From NCBI RefSeq assembly GCF_001194135.2, contig NC_068981.1, forward strand, positions 70,465,543 to 70,529,542: DNA of 64,000 nt, in the 5' to 3' direction. The stretch is from Octopus bimaculoides (taxonomy: Eukaryota). The notes beneath the pieces were generated by a model that was not told where the DNA came from, made no database searches, and saw only the letters and a list, made by a program, of their open reading frames with translations. How positions within the stretch are numbered: position 1 is the stretch's first letter; every line of letters starts with the position of its first letter. The position numbers and the translations under genes were made by a program. This document shows, one piece after another, positions 13,700 through 27,096 of this stretch.

Positions 13700-15120
13700 A
13701 TCATTAAAATACCAGTACCAGGATCTAATTAACAACGCCTGAACCAGCATCTGTAACCGGTGTAAACTTTCAGCGAGGGTCAAAAGGAACTTCACTACAT
13801 GCAACAGCAAATTGCGTACATTTGACCACTCAATTAAGACCCATAGTCTCCGACACAGAGGGAGGGACCATCTTGTAAAATCCCGTGTCTCCTATTCACA
13901 ATCCGGAGACACTCTGTTGACATAACCACTGCATGTCAACAGTCTGGTTGAGATCATCCAACGACTATACCGACACATTCAAACGCAACAGTTATATTTT
14001 CAAACTAGACGTGATATCACTCTACACTTCGGTTCCTGACCTCTCCGCGATGGCCTGATGACAGAATGTTGTCGCCTCTTCAAACGAACCATATCCGTTA
14101 TCTTCCAGTTACTTTCAGTGATAGTTGCCAACAAAAAGTTTGATTTCCTCTGCAATGCATATAAACAGCGTTCAGGTCTATCTGTGGTGTGCAGTCACTC
14201 AAGTCTGCTTGCCTTGGTTTACCTGGACCGGTTGGAGCACAGAGCACTCAGTATCTGTGCCGTTCTCACCAGGTAGGTGGACAATATCTTCAGCCTCATT
14301 TCATCTCATGAGAATGCCTCCACAACACTGGAAACTCTCAACGTTATGGTCCTGCACATTGTTCTCACCATCGAACTTCCGAACGACGATGGTTCCCTCA
14401 TCTAGATTGACTTTCCTTTAAACATCATGGACGGGAATGAACTGACATAGTGTTCTACCGAAAGGCGGTTTGCCGAGACCTTTTTGTCCGTTACAAATTG
14501 GACCTCCCGCTGAGTGATAAGATCAACTACATACAAAATGAGAATGCCCATATACAACAGATGCAGTGAGAGCACCAGATAGGACACACGGTCTGCACAG
14601 TTCCTCAAAATATTTGAAACCCACGGATACCCAGAATCCGTTGCAAACACCCAACACAGATAAAAACCATATAAATGGAATCTCTTTACGACCTGCTTTC
14701 TGACGATTGCCACCTTTAACGAGAAGGCCATCCGTAAGACTATCCGCATGGAAGGACTGGCTATCCTGCTAGTCTACTTGGGCCATCTTTGCTTAGACAC
14801 CTGTAGTCGAGACGATCAAACATAGAACAACAGGCAAGCACACTGGTAAACTGTCCTATCCGGGACACAAGCAAGTGTCTGCGAATATACGTGGAGTACT
14901 AGATACAGTGTTCCAAATGCGGTGACTATTAAATCGATACTACAATCCGACCGTTCTATATGTGACTAAAAGAACGCCTGACTACCAATGCGTCTTCAAC
15001 AAGTATTTAATTAAATGCGGCAACACTACCTAAGAAATAGATGCTTCAATACTGGCAACGGAGTAGAATAAAGGGAATTTCCATATGATGGAGCTTTACA
15101 GATCCTGCAAATTAATCTGA
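13700..15120 (+). mobile_element. Decayed Penelope-like element with RT and GIY-YIG
   Basis: Motifs in order: LRPIVS (13833), FKLDVISLYTSVP (13998-14036), FDFLCNAYKQRSG..SSLLALVYLDRLE..TR*VDNIF, GYPE, then *IQCSKCGDY*IDTTIRPFYM*LKERL (~14900-14980). Many stops. Confidence 0.8.
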
Positions 15121-15169
15121 AGATCAATAGTCTATCGGGGTTTTGCTGGTGGCTTCTATAAACTATCAA

Positions 15170-15530
15170 CGACCCCCTACATCACTACGAACACGACAAT
15201 CATCATCAGCACTTCGACTGTGATTGGTACTATTGCCTACCAGCACTGAGTTCGCAGCCATCATAGACATCATCGCTGCAGATGCCTGCCACAATGTGCG
15301 ATGTGTATTGTTGATGTGGTCAGCCACTACCTAGTCAATGACTACAAGTATATACCCTCCCTCTCTACTACCACAATATTTACGAATATGGTCAACAAAA
15401 TTGATGTTGACAACGACATCACCAATTACTACAACAAAATTTACCATCGCTACGGCCATCGATTACTACCACGGCATTTACCACCATTGACGACCACCTT
15501 CATTACCATTGCTTATACTTCCATAAATAT
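15170..15530. repeat. Cryptic, decayed ACC/ACT/ATC triplet repeat
   Basis: Low-complexity triplet periodicity with no long ORF. Confidence 0.7.
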
Positions 15531-15835
15531 TTTGCTTTTTCCTACATGTTTATCATTGTAGCACTATTTATGACAAATAATTTACCCTTGGAGTGTAGGA
15601 AGTACGGAGATAAGTTATATATCGGCAAGTCATACCTGTTTTTCAGTTTCATGTCTTTATTACAATAATTATATTTTTCTGTTTTAGAATGGTCTATAGG
15701 TCACCAAAATATTTTCCTTCATCAAAATATACAATTATTTTTGTTAAGATAGTTATTTAGATGAATACACTTGTTGAGAAATAAAATTTCATTTGTCACT
15801 ATTTTCATCTAGCAGACTTTTACTAATACCTAGTA

Positions 15836-15923
15836 CAGAGGTTCCCAATCTGGGTTCCACGGACCCTTGGTGATCGGCAAAGTTAGTACTGGGGGTCCGT
15901 GGGCTGAATTCAAAACTTTGTGT
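15836..15923. mobile_element. Left end of a hAT-type MITE running into a gap
   Basis: CAGAGGTTCCCAATCT resembles the CAGGGGTTCCCAAACT hAT/Charlie terminus. It is preceded by CCTAGTA, and CTAGTA recurs just after the gap at 16460. Confidence 0.5.
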
Positions 15924-16521
15924 NNNNNNNNNNNNNNNNNNNNNNNNNNNNNNNNNNNNNNNNNNNNNNNNNNNNNNNNNNNNNNNNNNNNNNNNNNNNN
16001 NNNNNNNNNNNNNNNNNNNNNNNNNNNNNNNNNNNNNNNNNNNNNNNNNNNNNNNNNNNNNNNNNNNNNNNNNNNNNNNNNNNNNNNNNNNNNNNNNNNN
16101 NNNNNNNNNNNNNNNNNNNNNNNNNNNNNNNNNNNNNNNNNNNNNNNNNNNNNNNNNNNNNNNNNNNNNNNNNNNNNNNNNNNNNNNNNNNNNNNNNNNN
16201 NNNNNNNNNNNNNNNNNNNNNNNNNNNNNNNNNNNNNNNNNNNNNNNNNNNNNNNNNNNNNNNNNNNNNNNNNNNNNNNNNNNNNNNNNNNNNNNNNNNN
16301 NNNNNNNNNNNNNNNNNNNNNNNNNNNNNNNNNNNNNNNNNNNNNNNNNNNNNNNNNNNNNNNNNNNNNNNNNNNNNNNNNNNNNNNNNNNNNNNNNNNN
16401 NNNNNNNNNNNNNNNNNNNNNNNNNNNNNNNNNNNNNNNNNNNNNNNNNNNNNNNNNNACTAGTACATTGCATTTTTTTTCAGTTCGTTTGCATCATTTT
16501 TGCGTTTAACATTAACATGTG

Positions 16522-16660
16522 CAGATTCAGCCGAGGTTGACTTTGCCTTTCATCCTTTTGGGATCAATAAAATAAATACCTGTTGAAAACTGGAGTCAAT
16601 GTAATCGACTTACCCCTCCCCCAAAATTGCTGGCCTTATGTCAAAATTTGAAATCAATAT
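16522..16660 (+). mobile_element. SINE family A, 5'-truncated copy
   Basis: Shares gccgagg..ctttgcctttcatccttttggg..ggccttatgtcaaaatttgaaa with the adjacent full copy. Confidence 0.85.
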
Positions 16661-16671
16661 TAAGTAGCATG

Positions 16672-16896
16672 TAAGGCGGTGATCTGGCAGAAACGTTAGC
16701 ACGCCGGGTGAAATGCTTAGCGGTATTTTGTCCGTCTTCATGTTCTGAATTCAAATTCTGCCGAGGTCAACTTTAACTTTCATCCTTTTGGGACCGATAA
16801 TTTTAAGTTTCAGTTGATCACTGGGGTCGCTGTAATTGATTTATACCCTCTCCTGAACTTGCTGGCCTTGTGCCAAATTTTGAAATGAATATTTAT
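16672..16896 (+). mobile_element. SINE family A, full-length copy
   Basis: Head is aaggcggtgatctggcagaa, box-B-like gttctgaattcaaattc. Flanked by the direct repeat TAGCATG (16665-16671 and 16897-16903). Confidence 0.9.
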
Positions 16897-19859
16897 TAGC
16901 ATGATCTTTTATAATTTAGAGGAATAACTTACTTTCCATTTTCATCAGAATATTAAGCTGACTGGAATGTCATTTGAAACATTTAGGTTACACCTTATGT
17001 ATTTGCTATTTTTAGAGTATTCTTTAATTAATATAAAAACATATCAGGTCACCAGCAGCGTACTATATCCTATGTAATATTACTGAAGGGTTGATATTAT
17101 TGCATGCTATGATGTTGTCTAATATACTTAACTGTCATTGTCTGTGGTTGTTTGTCATATTTGACAGTGATTACAATGCTCAAATGCCGAAGCTGTTTAA
17201 ATTTTTAAACTTACTTTTGTGAACTCATGTAACTGGCGTAAATACAAAAACTGGCAACGGAGATTTAAAGTTCTAATCGTCAGCAAAGAAAACTAATATA
17301 AAGAATCTAATAATCATGTAAATCTTGACAGCTCTTAAGAAAGTTAGACATATTTATTACAATTTAACTCAAAACTGCTTATACAAGACACTAAACATAA
17401 AGTGGTTAAGCGAAATTTTCTTGCATTATGTAGCATGAATGCGATCATTAAATAGCAAGATGGCTTATATGCTACAAGAATTTAAGATTATTCATTTGAA
17501 GATTGAAGATTTGAAATGTGCATCCAAAAAAATTTCATTAAACGTAAAGGAAGACCTATTTACACTGGTTAAAATGTTTGCCTCTTAATCAAAAGCAAGG
17601 AAATCGACGAATGAAATGCTGCTAAATGATTCTAAATGTAAAAAATGTGCATTCAAAGATAACCCAGAAACATTGTTTGTTTCGATTTATTTTTCATAAA
17701 TAGAAACTACTTTTTCTCAAAGGTAAACATTCTCAATTAGCTAAGAAATTCGGCTGAAGTGTCGATTTCACATTTAGTTAGCTCTGTGATACAGTTCGGG
17801 TGAGCACTTACTAACACGTAAGCATTGTATATTACGAGCAAGGATTCGTGTGATAGGATGTCCACTTAATTACAAGTAACAGATTAACAATACATGAAAA
17901 ACAAATCATGGAACAATTCTCTTTCCGCCCGACAAATATTGTGATAATTGTGCTATTCAGTAAGATCTACACTCCAAATTTATTGTATTCATTTAGATCT
18001 GTCGGATGCTAAATAGTGTATTAGTGAAGAAAAGATTCTGCAACTTATGGAAATTGTATCTGGTTAAAGCTAAATTACACGCACACCTAGTTGAAATTCA
18101 ATGGTTTAGTGACACAACGAATTCCATAATTCTTCCTTGTTAAGCGTTTATCATTAAGCATCCTGTTTACTAACTGAAATCTAACATCTCAGATTTTTTC
18201 AAAACTAAAAACCTAGTTGATATTTGTAATTGTAAGCAATTTTCGCAGTGGATTGAAGGCAGGATTCTCATTGTATGAAAACAAAATTATTCATTTCATT
18301 CGTAGAACATTATCAGTATTCTTCGCAGTTTCATAGCTTTCCTTACAAATACAGCACATTCTAACACACATGTTGAGGATCTAATTGCTACTAATTCACA
18401 GAAACCTTCAAATATCATTTTAATGCATAAGCAGCTAAGGATCGCATTGAGGTAGAAATGATCTATTTATGACTCTTTAAAAAATTAACCAAACAGTCAG
18501 CTGAAACAAAACAAAAGCATGATAGCATCCTTCATTAAAAAAATAGATACTTATTCTCGGATATTTAATTTCAATACTTCTGCCTGCAATTCATGTTGTA
18601 CACAAGAATGTGCATACTGATACATCGCTCAAATTGCAAAAGTTGAAAAGCTTATGTATGTATAGGGCATCCGTACAAAACTCTAGGAAAGCGTGATTCA
18701 ACGTTGTGAAACAAAATCTCTGTATCTCCCTATAAAATCTTGGAAAACGTAAGGATGTTTCTCTGTTGCATTGTCTCTATATTTGATGTTCTGACGACAG
18801 CGGAGAGCCATACACATAATAAATGGATACGTCAGTTCAGTTGGAAAGATTAATGGCTGTTAGCTATATATTTTTTTTTTTTCATTTTTCTTTTTTGAGC
18901 CATTACAATGTATTTGATAGAAGCAAGTTACCGTCAGTAGTGAAATTTCCTGCAATACAGTTTAGCGCTTCAGTAATCACTTTTCACGGAGTTCTTGCGT
19001 TATCTTATATAAACGTTTGCAGACACAATATCTCAGTTATATTCAGATGTGAAAAGACTCAGTGTCGCTTGAAAAACGTATCTTAAGTATGCTTTCTAAG
19101 CATGGCTAATTGTGGTAATTTCACGACTAGGCCGAGTATGTTTGCATCGTCATCCTCCGTAGAGGTGTCACGAACTTTTGTGAACTCCTTTGCTAATTAT
19201 CCACAATAGTCTATACTGCTACCGCTACTGGACGCAGGCTGGTTCATATTAAACCTAACGAATAGTAGAGAACCACTTCATCAACGATTTGCAATCGCAA
19301 AAGAAGCTTGGATATAATTATTATCTTTTGTACTTGGAGAAATATAACAGTTAACGAAGTCTATCAACATTTAAAAGCATGCGGGTAACATCTGCATACT
19401 GTTTCTGTCTACAGCATCCATGATATCTTTCCATATCTTTATAGAGGAAATATTTTTCCAATTGTTTTACAGGCGAGGTCTTGATCGGGATCAAAAAATG
19501 TAACATTTAGCTTTGTAAAAGTCTCAATCTCATATTGTGATTTTGAATAACCTTCGTGTTTTATGATAGCTAGTTTATAAAAGCCATCTGATGTTTTGAA
19601 ATTACCGTTACAGACTTTTGTAATTATTGTAAACAGAGGAAAATTAGTGATATTTTCTGACATTTACTCACACTTAAAAGAAAATGTAATTAATGCACAT
19701 TTTTTTTTTATCAAATGATGTCAAATAAATTATTTTATTCGATCGTTGCACTTGATAGCAATATTCGTACTAAATACTCATTACCATTTTCCAAATAATC
19801 ATTCTTGTTATTATTTTACTACAACAACCACAACAACCGATATTATTACTACCACTATC

Positions 19860-19908
19860 AATATCAAGAGCAACAACAGTAACTATAACAATAACAACAC
19901 AACAACAA

Positions 19909-19992
<84 letters not shown>

Positions 19993-20012
19993 TCATAATA
20001 ATATTTTTAATG
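19860..20012. repeat. (TAA)n/(CAA)n microsatellite
   Basis: Read directly from the sequence. Confidence 0.97.
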
Positions 20013-21859
20013 TAATTGGCTTTACTTTATTATTATCTATTGATTGAAGTGTTGCTAATTATTTGAAGTTTATTCAGTAATCAATCGGCAAATAACAGCA
20101 TTCCCCAAACTCTGAAGATGAAATTGCCCAAAGTTAATAAACCATGAAAAGTAGACGATGAGAATAATTAATGTAATGCTATACGGTTCACTTAATGAGA
20201 ATTTGATTTTTTATTGTCTTTATGTGATTAGTAAAATTTAGCGAAGCCTTATTATACCTATTAAATTAAGAGAGAAATGTAATTATCCTAATACTCGCAA
20301 TTCTAAATTGCATTTCAATTTAATTTACATCGAAATAATTTCTCACGTACGTGTATGTCTATTCTAATTACTTTCATATTGTTTTTCTATTTCAATTTTC
20401 ATAGCAGTCCATGAGAATTTTAAAACAAGAAATGACGGCGATAAATTTCGATTGCAATCGAGAATATGAATATGTATCCTGATAGAGAGATTGAAAGAAT
20501 AGTCAAATCGGTAATGAATTCAGAATCAGGGTCGAGACAAATGCAACTAAAGTACAACGTATTTATTTTGATGATCGACTGCTTCAAAACGAAAAAGATG
20601 TGAAATTACAAACTAATTATTAATCTATATATTAGTCTACTATTGTATCGAAATTGAAAATTCTGAATATTTAAATGGAACGATCCACAAATATTGAGCA
20701 GTGTTTTGAAATATTTTTATTTGCATCTTTCTTTGGTGTATATAATTTTAGTTTCAAATAGATTTCTTTACCTACTTCAGTTCAAATAAAAAATTTTAGA
20801 ATGCTATGACATTTTATTTACGTTTTCGGTGTCAAATTATTTGTCGTGATTCTGCTGCAGGGTCACCGATGCACTTCTACCTTACATACTTCAAACATAG
20901 TTAAAGAAAAGGTCTTATAAACCTCAATACTTTCTCTCGCGCTTTCTTTCTTGTTTTACTTACTTGCACATGAATATGTTATTCACTTATATAATCTAGA
21001 AGTGACTAATGACAACTCTTACCAGAAGATTCTAGACTTTATTTCTTGTCTTATTACAATAATGTTTATTTTATTATCTCCATAACGCATTTTGTTATCT
21101 TTTATTTTTCGCTTTCATTTTTTGTCATTCTTGTCATATCGCCTTTATATGCCATTATAGTCAACTCTGAATTTATGCAGACCATGTATGTAATATATAA
21201 ATATGAAGTACTTTCACGCATCTTTATGGAAACGTCTACAGAAATTACTTTCTTGGTATTCAAAATAAACTGGATAAATCAACAAACTATAAAATTGGTA
21301 TATGGTGTTCAATAACTGAAAAATGTGCTTTTGCTCTCAGTTACAATTGACAGAAGGAGGCTGAAGACAGACTAGGTGATGCAGTCTATGGCAGTCTGAT
21401 AAGTTAAAAGTACACGAAGGAAAGCGATTTAAGTGCTGGATGCTCATGTATATATACAGGATTACATACGAGTACAAACACGTAGAAGTGTTTTAATTTG
21501 GTTAATCAATGACCTAACAAACAAAACACAACGCCGTTTGTGTTAGGAAGACTAATTTTAAACCAAAGAGAATATATGAGTATTTAATTTCATATGTGTG
21601 TGAGTGTGGGGGGGTGCGCGCGCGCGTGTGTATGTAATTGCATTTGTATATTAAAAATAAAGGAGAAAATGTCCTGAGAAATATATCATGAATAAAGGAA
21701 AGAAAATATGCTTCTGGTTTCAATTGTAAGAAAATTTAGTCATGCAATTGGTAAAAAAAAGTCATGTAAATTGAATTAAATGTATTTTTTATTAGAGTGC
21801 TTTCGAAAGTTGAAATGCTTTCTTACAATAATCACAAAATACACATAACAGTTGTTATT

Positions 21860-22240
21860 AATCTCTTTCTGATGACAGCTGGGTCATAATAGTTGTAGTA
21901 ACAATTTTAGCACTGGCAGTTGTCTATTGTTCATTGCTGAAAATGCTGATGTTAGTAAGTGGCTCGTAATTGTGGTAGAAATCATATAGTGGCGGTGACA
22001 TTAGTAATAGAAGTAAGTAATATGTTAGTGATCATAGTTGTACTAGTAGCTGTATCAGCCTTATGAATAAAGTCAGTAGTAGCTGCAGTAGCAGCTTAGC
22101 CAGAAGTTGTATTATTAGTGGCAGAAATGCAATCAGCCGAAGATGTAGTGAAGGTATTTGTTCCTCTCCTTCAGTAGCATTATATGTAGTCGTAGCGGCA
22201 GTAATATTTTCTGTCTAGCAGTCATTAATAAGTGGTCGTA
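21860..22240. repeat. Cryptic GTA/GCA/GTT triplet repeat
   Basis: Decayed triplet periodicity, stops in all frames. Confidence 0.65.
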
Positions 22241-22978
22241 TTTCACTATAAACATTGTTTCATTGTCCATACATTGCTGTTCTTACATCTAATTACAATT
22301 GCAATGATGGCATAGAATTCTCCAGAAAATGGTGACACGCATAAGAGTTTTACGGCAAGAATAATAATGATTAATCGATAGTTAAAAACAACAGCGAATA
22401 TAATCCACAATAAAAGGAATGGGGAACAAAAGCCTTGAGCATTCGGTAAGTAGATATGACAATGTAAAATAAAATTTTTAAAAAATAAACAGCATTTAGG
22501 TTTTAGAAAAATGAATTGGACAAGATAAAGGAGTTTATAAAAAGATAAAGAATTAACAATTAATGAGGGCGATAACAAAACTTAAATAGTCTTGACGAAT
22601 ACAGAATAGAAGACATATCACGTGACTTCTACTCGCCACAAGAAATAATGAGAAAACATAGACTATAAAATAACTTATATACCGAAAACGTCTCGCCTTT
22701 AAAAAATACTACTCAGCTGTAAATCTATATTGATTCTTTTATTTCACAGAGTTTGAGAAACTAAGTAAGTCATGCAAAAGAACCACACACATATACATGA
22801 ATATTCTTTCAACAAATGAGCTAAAATAATGACCAATAATATATGGTCATGACATTTTGTTTACTGTAAGAAGTCACCGACTAAGTAATATTTTACGCAT
22901 CCTGTTCAAGCCATTTCTCAAAAAATTTAGAGGTTTTATGAGAAATGACCTAGATATGCTAGGTCGTTATAATCTTAC

Positions 22979-22989
22979 TTCAACTGGTA
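22979..22989 (-). CDS. Candidate 11-nt microexon (TACCAGTTGAA)
   Basis: Minus strand tttttcattaccttttcAG|TACCAGTTGAA|GTaaga has a strong acceptor and donor. It is identical to the end of the candidate exon at 27097. Confidence 0.35.
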
Positions 22990-23400
22990 CTGAAAAGGTA
23001 ATGAAAAACATTTGTAGCTTTCGATTTAGTAAATCTTTATACAAAAGTACATGCATTTTAAATCATAAAATACATAGATACCGGTACTAAAATCAACATA
23101 GACACACACACAAATGTCATATAAATAAATACATAATTCTCTTAAAGAATAAACAAATATACAGAATATAAACATTCACACTCATCCATAAACGCAAGAC
23201 CACATAACACATCGACACTCTGAAAAGCAATACAACACATTGCGCAGACATACGCAAACACAGCACACGCAGAAACAATCTCACAAAACTTCATTATCAC
23301 CATAGCATCATCAATATCACAATTATCATCTTTATCAACAAACTATAAACGACGCATTAATATACACACATGAATATAACTAAAGGTGGTATGAATGTGT

Positions 23401-23720
23401 CGCAGTAGTGGCTGTGTAGGCGCAGGAGTGCCTGTGTGATAAGAAGCTTGCTTCCCGACCACATGGTTCCGAGTTCAGTCCCACTGCGTGGCTCATTGGG
23501 AAAGTGACTTCTACTACAGCCTCGGGCCGACCGAAGACTTGCGAGTGATTTGGTAGGAAAACTGAAAGAAGCCCGTCGTATATATATATATATATATATA
23601 TATACACAAAAAAATAAGTCTTACAAAGAATAAGTCCTGGGTGTCTATATGTTCGACTAAAGGTGGTGCACAAGCATGGCCGCAGTCAAATTACTGAAAC
23701 AAGTAAAGAAATAAAAGAAG
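23401..23720 (+). mobile_element. Composite SINE: family B head + (TA)n + family C body
   Basis: ggcgcaggagtg..catggttccgagttcagtccc..gaaagaagcccgtcg, then (TA)n, then cttacaaagaataagtcctggg..gcatggccgcagtcaaattactgaaacaagtaaag. Confidence 0.9.
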
Positions 23721-24287
23721 AAAACAATAAACATGCAATTTTCACTTCTAGACAACTTCATTCCTTGTAAATGTGTTTTAATGCAAAAAAAAAACAGCAC
23801 TACAAAACGCACAGCAAACAGCAGACACAGTTATTATAAGGGAAGATTCACACCTCATTACACAATATATTGACCCCTGGCATCCTGACTGACATGACAG
23901 AAATAGAAAAATATAGAATTCAAGCAAACACGTTTCAAAATAAAATAAATAAAAGCGTAACGTGCACATATTTAACTTTTATACACTCATATATGCGAAA
24001 GACTTTCAAAATATACACGCACACAAACACTGTGTCACAAAGTAAACTACTTCATGCATACATGTCTACGCAAAAACAATTAACGTAATCACACAGCCTA
24101 GCAATTCACTCGCATACACACAACAGAAAATGTATACTTATGTATATCTTACTTTCTTGCACACCTATATTATACATAACCACTACATATAAATAAAACC
24201 AGTTCTCACATCGACTAAACTCCACGCACACATGATACGCACACACGTACGTATGTACGCTTGAATGTAGGAATGTATGTATGTATG

Positions 24288-24321
<34 letters not shown>

Positions 24322-25975
24322 TGTATGTATGTATGTATACATCTGCGAATATTGGAAATATACGCAGAACGACTTACACACGTACACGCACATTTATCTT
24401 ACACATACACATATGCGTACACTGAAAGGAAACAACTGTTACTGCATACTACTATACAGAAACACAATAAGAAGCACACATAAGCCAATACAAATGTACA
24501 GTGCATGCATGCATGCAATTAGACAATACGAACGCTCGCAGAAACACGCTTGCATTCAGAATCACATATATTGTATATACATTGAGAAATACAATCAACA
24601 TATTGAAAATTTATTTACATTATATTATAATTACATTATAAAAAGATATGATATAATATGATATAACAAATAATTGAAACAAATATGTATCCTGCAATTT
24701 GTTTCGATTCATATCTACTAGTGAATTTATAAAAAAATTCACATTTATGCATATGAGTCTCGTCAGGGTAAATATTTGTCTAAAAACAAACCAAAATTTC
24801 ATGCAAGGACTGCGAAATCATAAAATAGACTGATTTAAAATATTCCTGTGTTTACAAGCGTGTGCGTTAATTATTTTAAAATATAATAGATATAATAACA
24901 AAACCAAAATTCAAATAGATAAAATAAATTAAATAAACAAAACAATTACAGCGGTTATAAAATGTTCTAATCCAGCTTTAATAATATTAATCTAAAGATA
25001 TTTTAATCTCATATAATCTCTGTCAATTTTTATTGTGTAATAAGTTTTATATATGTTAAGAATTTATTTTGTAGTAGGAAATATATTTTATTTAAAATTT
25101 CTACATAATATTACGAAAAAGTAAATAAGGATATAATTTATTCAGACACTAAATTCATTAAAATACTTTTAATCAACGATTCATTAATTCCCTAGTTTCT
25201 GTATAAAGTTGCGATTATTATAAACTATAATATTTCTTAAAAATAATCAGAATTTTATTTAGTTTTACAGAAGTAATTAAATTAGAGTAAGCGAATAGTT
25301 TTATTATTCAATTATTTTTATGTGCATATAATTTCAAAAGCACTTAATATGATGATATATACTAAATATTATAGGGTTTACAAAAAATATTGATATATCC
25401 ATAATTATTCAAAAGAATTATTGTAATCTATTTATGCCTACTAATATAAACATTATCCTTAATAAATAACAAGTAAATAACACAAATTAACTTAGTTTAT
25501 CAGAGGAAAATATCACTGTAATTCAATGCTTATATATTTATACATTCATTGCTTGCGGGAAAATAACCAGAAATACGTACCTCTAATAGAAATGCTTTTA
25601 ATCACGATAGGGTGTATTTAAAAATTATTTATGTATTAATATTATTAAATTAAATTTATATACTTCTAATGGTTATATATAAAGATGATATCATAATTAA
25701 AACTTATATCTTAAATTTAACTACGTGTATAATTTACACTAAGTCAAATATACAATGGAACTTAATACAAAATTTATTAATTAATCCACTGAAATATTAT
25801 AAATATCATCATTAATATACTAATTTAAAGCTACAAACCATTCAGTATAAATAAAGAAGTTACACATAATTTAGTATGATAACAACATTTAGCCGCAGAT
25901 AAAATTACGTTAAAAAATGTATTCACGTTATAAACTGTTTGAAAAAATCTCGAGGAAACAAAAAAAAAAGTTGTT

Positions 25976-26036
25976 CACGTCATCTTCCATAAATTCAAAC
26001 TTTTATCGCAATCTAATGCACCAATGAATTTTTTAT
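25976..26036 (-). CDS. Candidate terminal exon start (completes Lys, then TAA), followed by a very AT-rich 3' UTR-like region
   Basis: Acceptor ctatttttttttAG|ATAAAAAATTC. Joined to the phase-2 donor at 27097 this gives AA|A TAA (K-stop). The lower coordinate is arbitrary. Confidence 0.25.
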
Positions 26037-26673
26037 CTAAAAAAAAATAGTATCACTTTATTTATTCATCATTCATTGATATGTTTATCCATTTATTTAT
26101 TTAGCATGTATACAAATTCGAATATATATATATATAAATAAATATATATATACATACACATATATATAGACAAATGCTAATCACATGTGCATATGCACAC
26201 GTATACACACATACACATATACATACACATAAATCATANNNNNNNNNNNNNNNNNNNNNNNNNNNNNNNNNNNNNNNNNNNNNNNNNNNNNNNNNNNNNN
26301 NNNNNNNNNNNNNNNNNNNNNNNNNNNNNNNNNNNNNNNNNNNNNNNNNNNNNNNNNNNNNNNNNNNNNNNNNNNNNNNNNNNNNNNNNNNNNNNNNNNN
26401 NNNNNNNNNNNNNNNNNNNNNNNNTATATATAAGCACCAATGCATGTGCATATATACATATATATATATATAAATAAATATATATATACATACACATATA
26501 TATAGACAAATGCTAATCACATGTGCATATGCACACGTATACACACATACACATATACATACACATAAATCATATATACATACCTAATCAGATACACATA
26601 TATACAAACATATATACATATAGTACGCACATCTATATAGGCAACGTATATATATAGATATTTGGACAGACAC

Positions 26674-26679
<6 letters not shown>

Positions 26680-26770
<91 letters not shown>
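26680..26770. repeat. Long (TA)n microsatellite
   Basis: Read directly from the sequence. Confidence 0.98.
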
Positions 26771-26772
<2 letters not shown>

Positions 26773-27096
26773 AACATATACACAGATATACATACATACA
26801 GCTACATACACATACATATATATATATTCGCAATAAATAAAAAAGTATTAAATATAATCCTTGAAATAATACACTTGATAAAACTTTCTATGCGCATATT
26901 TAGAAGAGTGTTAACAAGATAAATCACGTTCCTGTCTATCATTAACAAATTTCTTTTTTGATGTTAAAATTTGTTATATTTCATCCACTCAAAAGTTACA
27001 TCTATTATCAGCAATTTTATAAGATCTAGCATGACCAAGTATTTGCCATCTAATGTTGTACAATTTCACCATTCTTTAACTTTCATATAAACTTAC

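Noticed and set aside
19439-19663. 74-aa minus ORF with protein-like composition
   Set aside because: No motif, no clear splice boundaries and no family recognised; this length can occur by chance.
24743-24779. Strong minus acceptor giving a 37-nt exon that would bridge the phases between 27097 and the microexon
   Set aside because: The donor (AAT|GTGAAT) is weak and the peptide is unconvincing.
26136-26574. About 100-bp direct repeat on both sides of a gap
   Set aside because: Low-complexity sequence flanking an N-run; most likely a contig overlap, haplotype artefact or simple tandem repeat.
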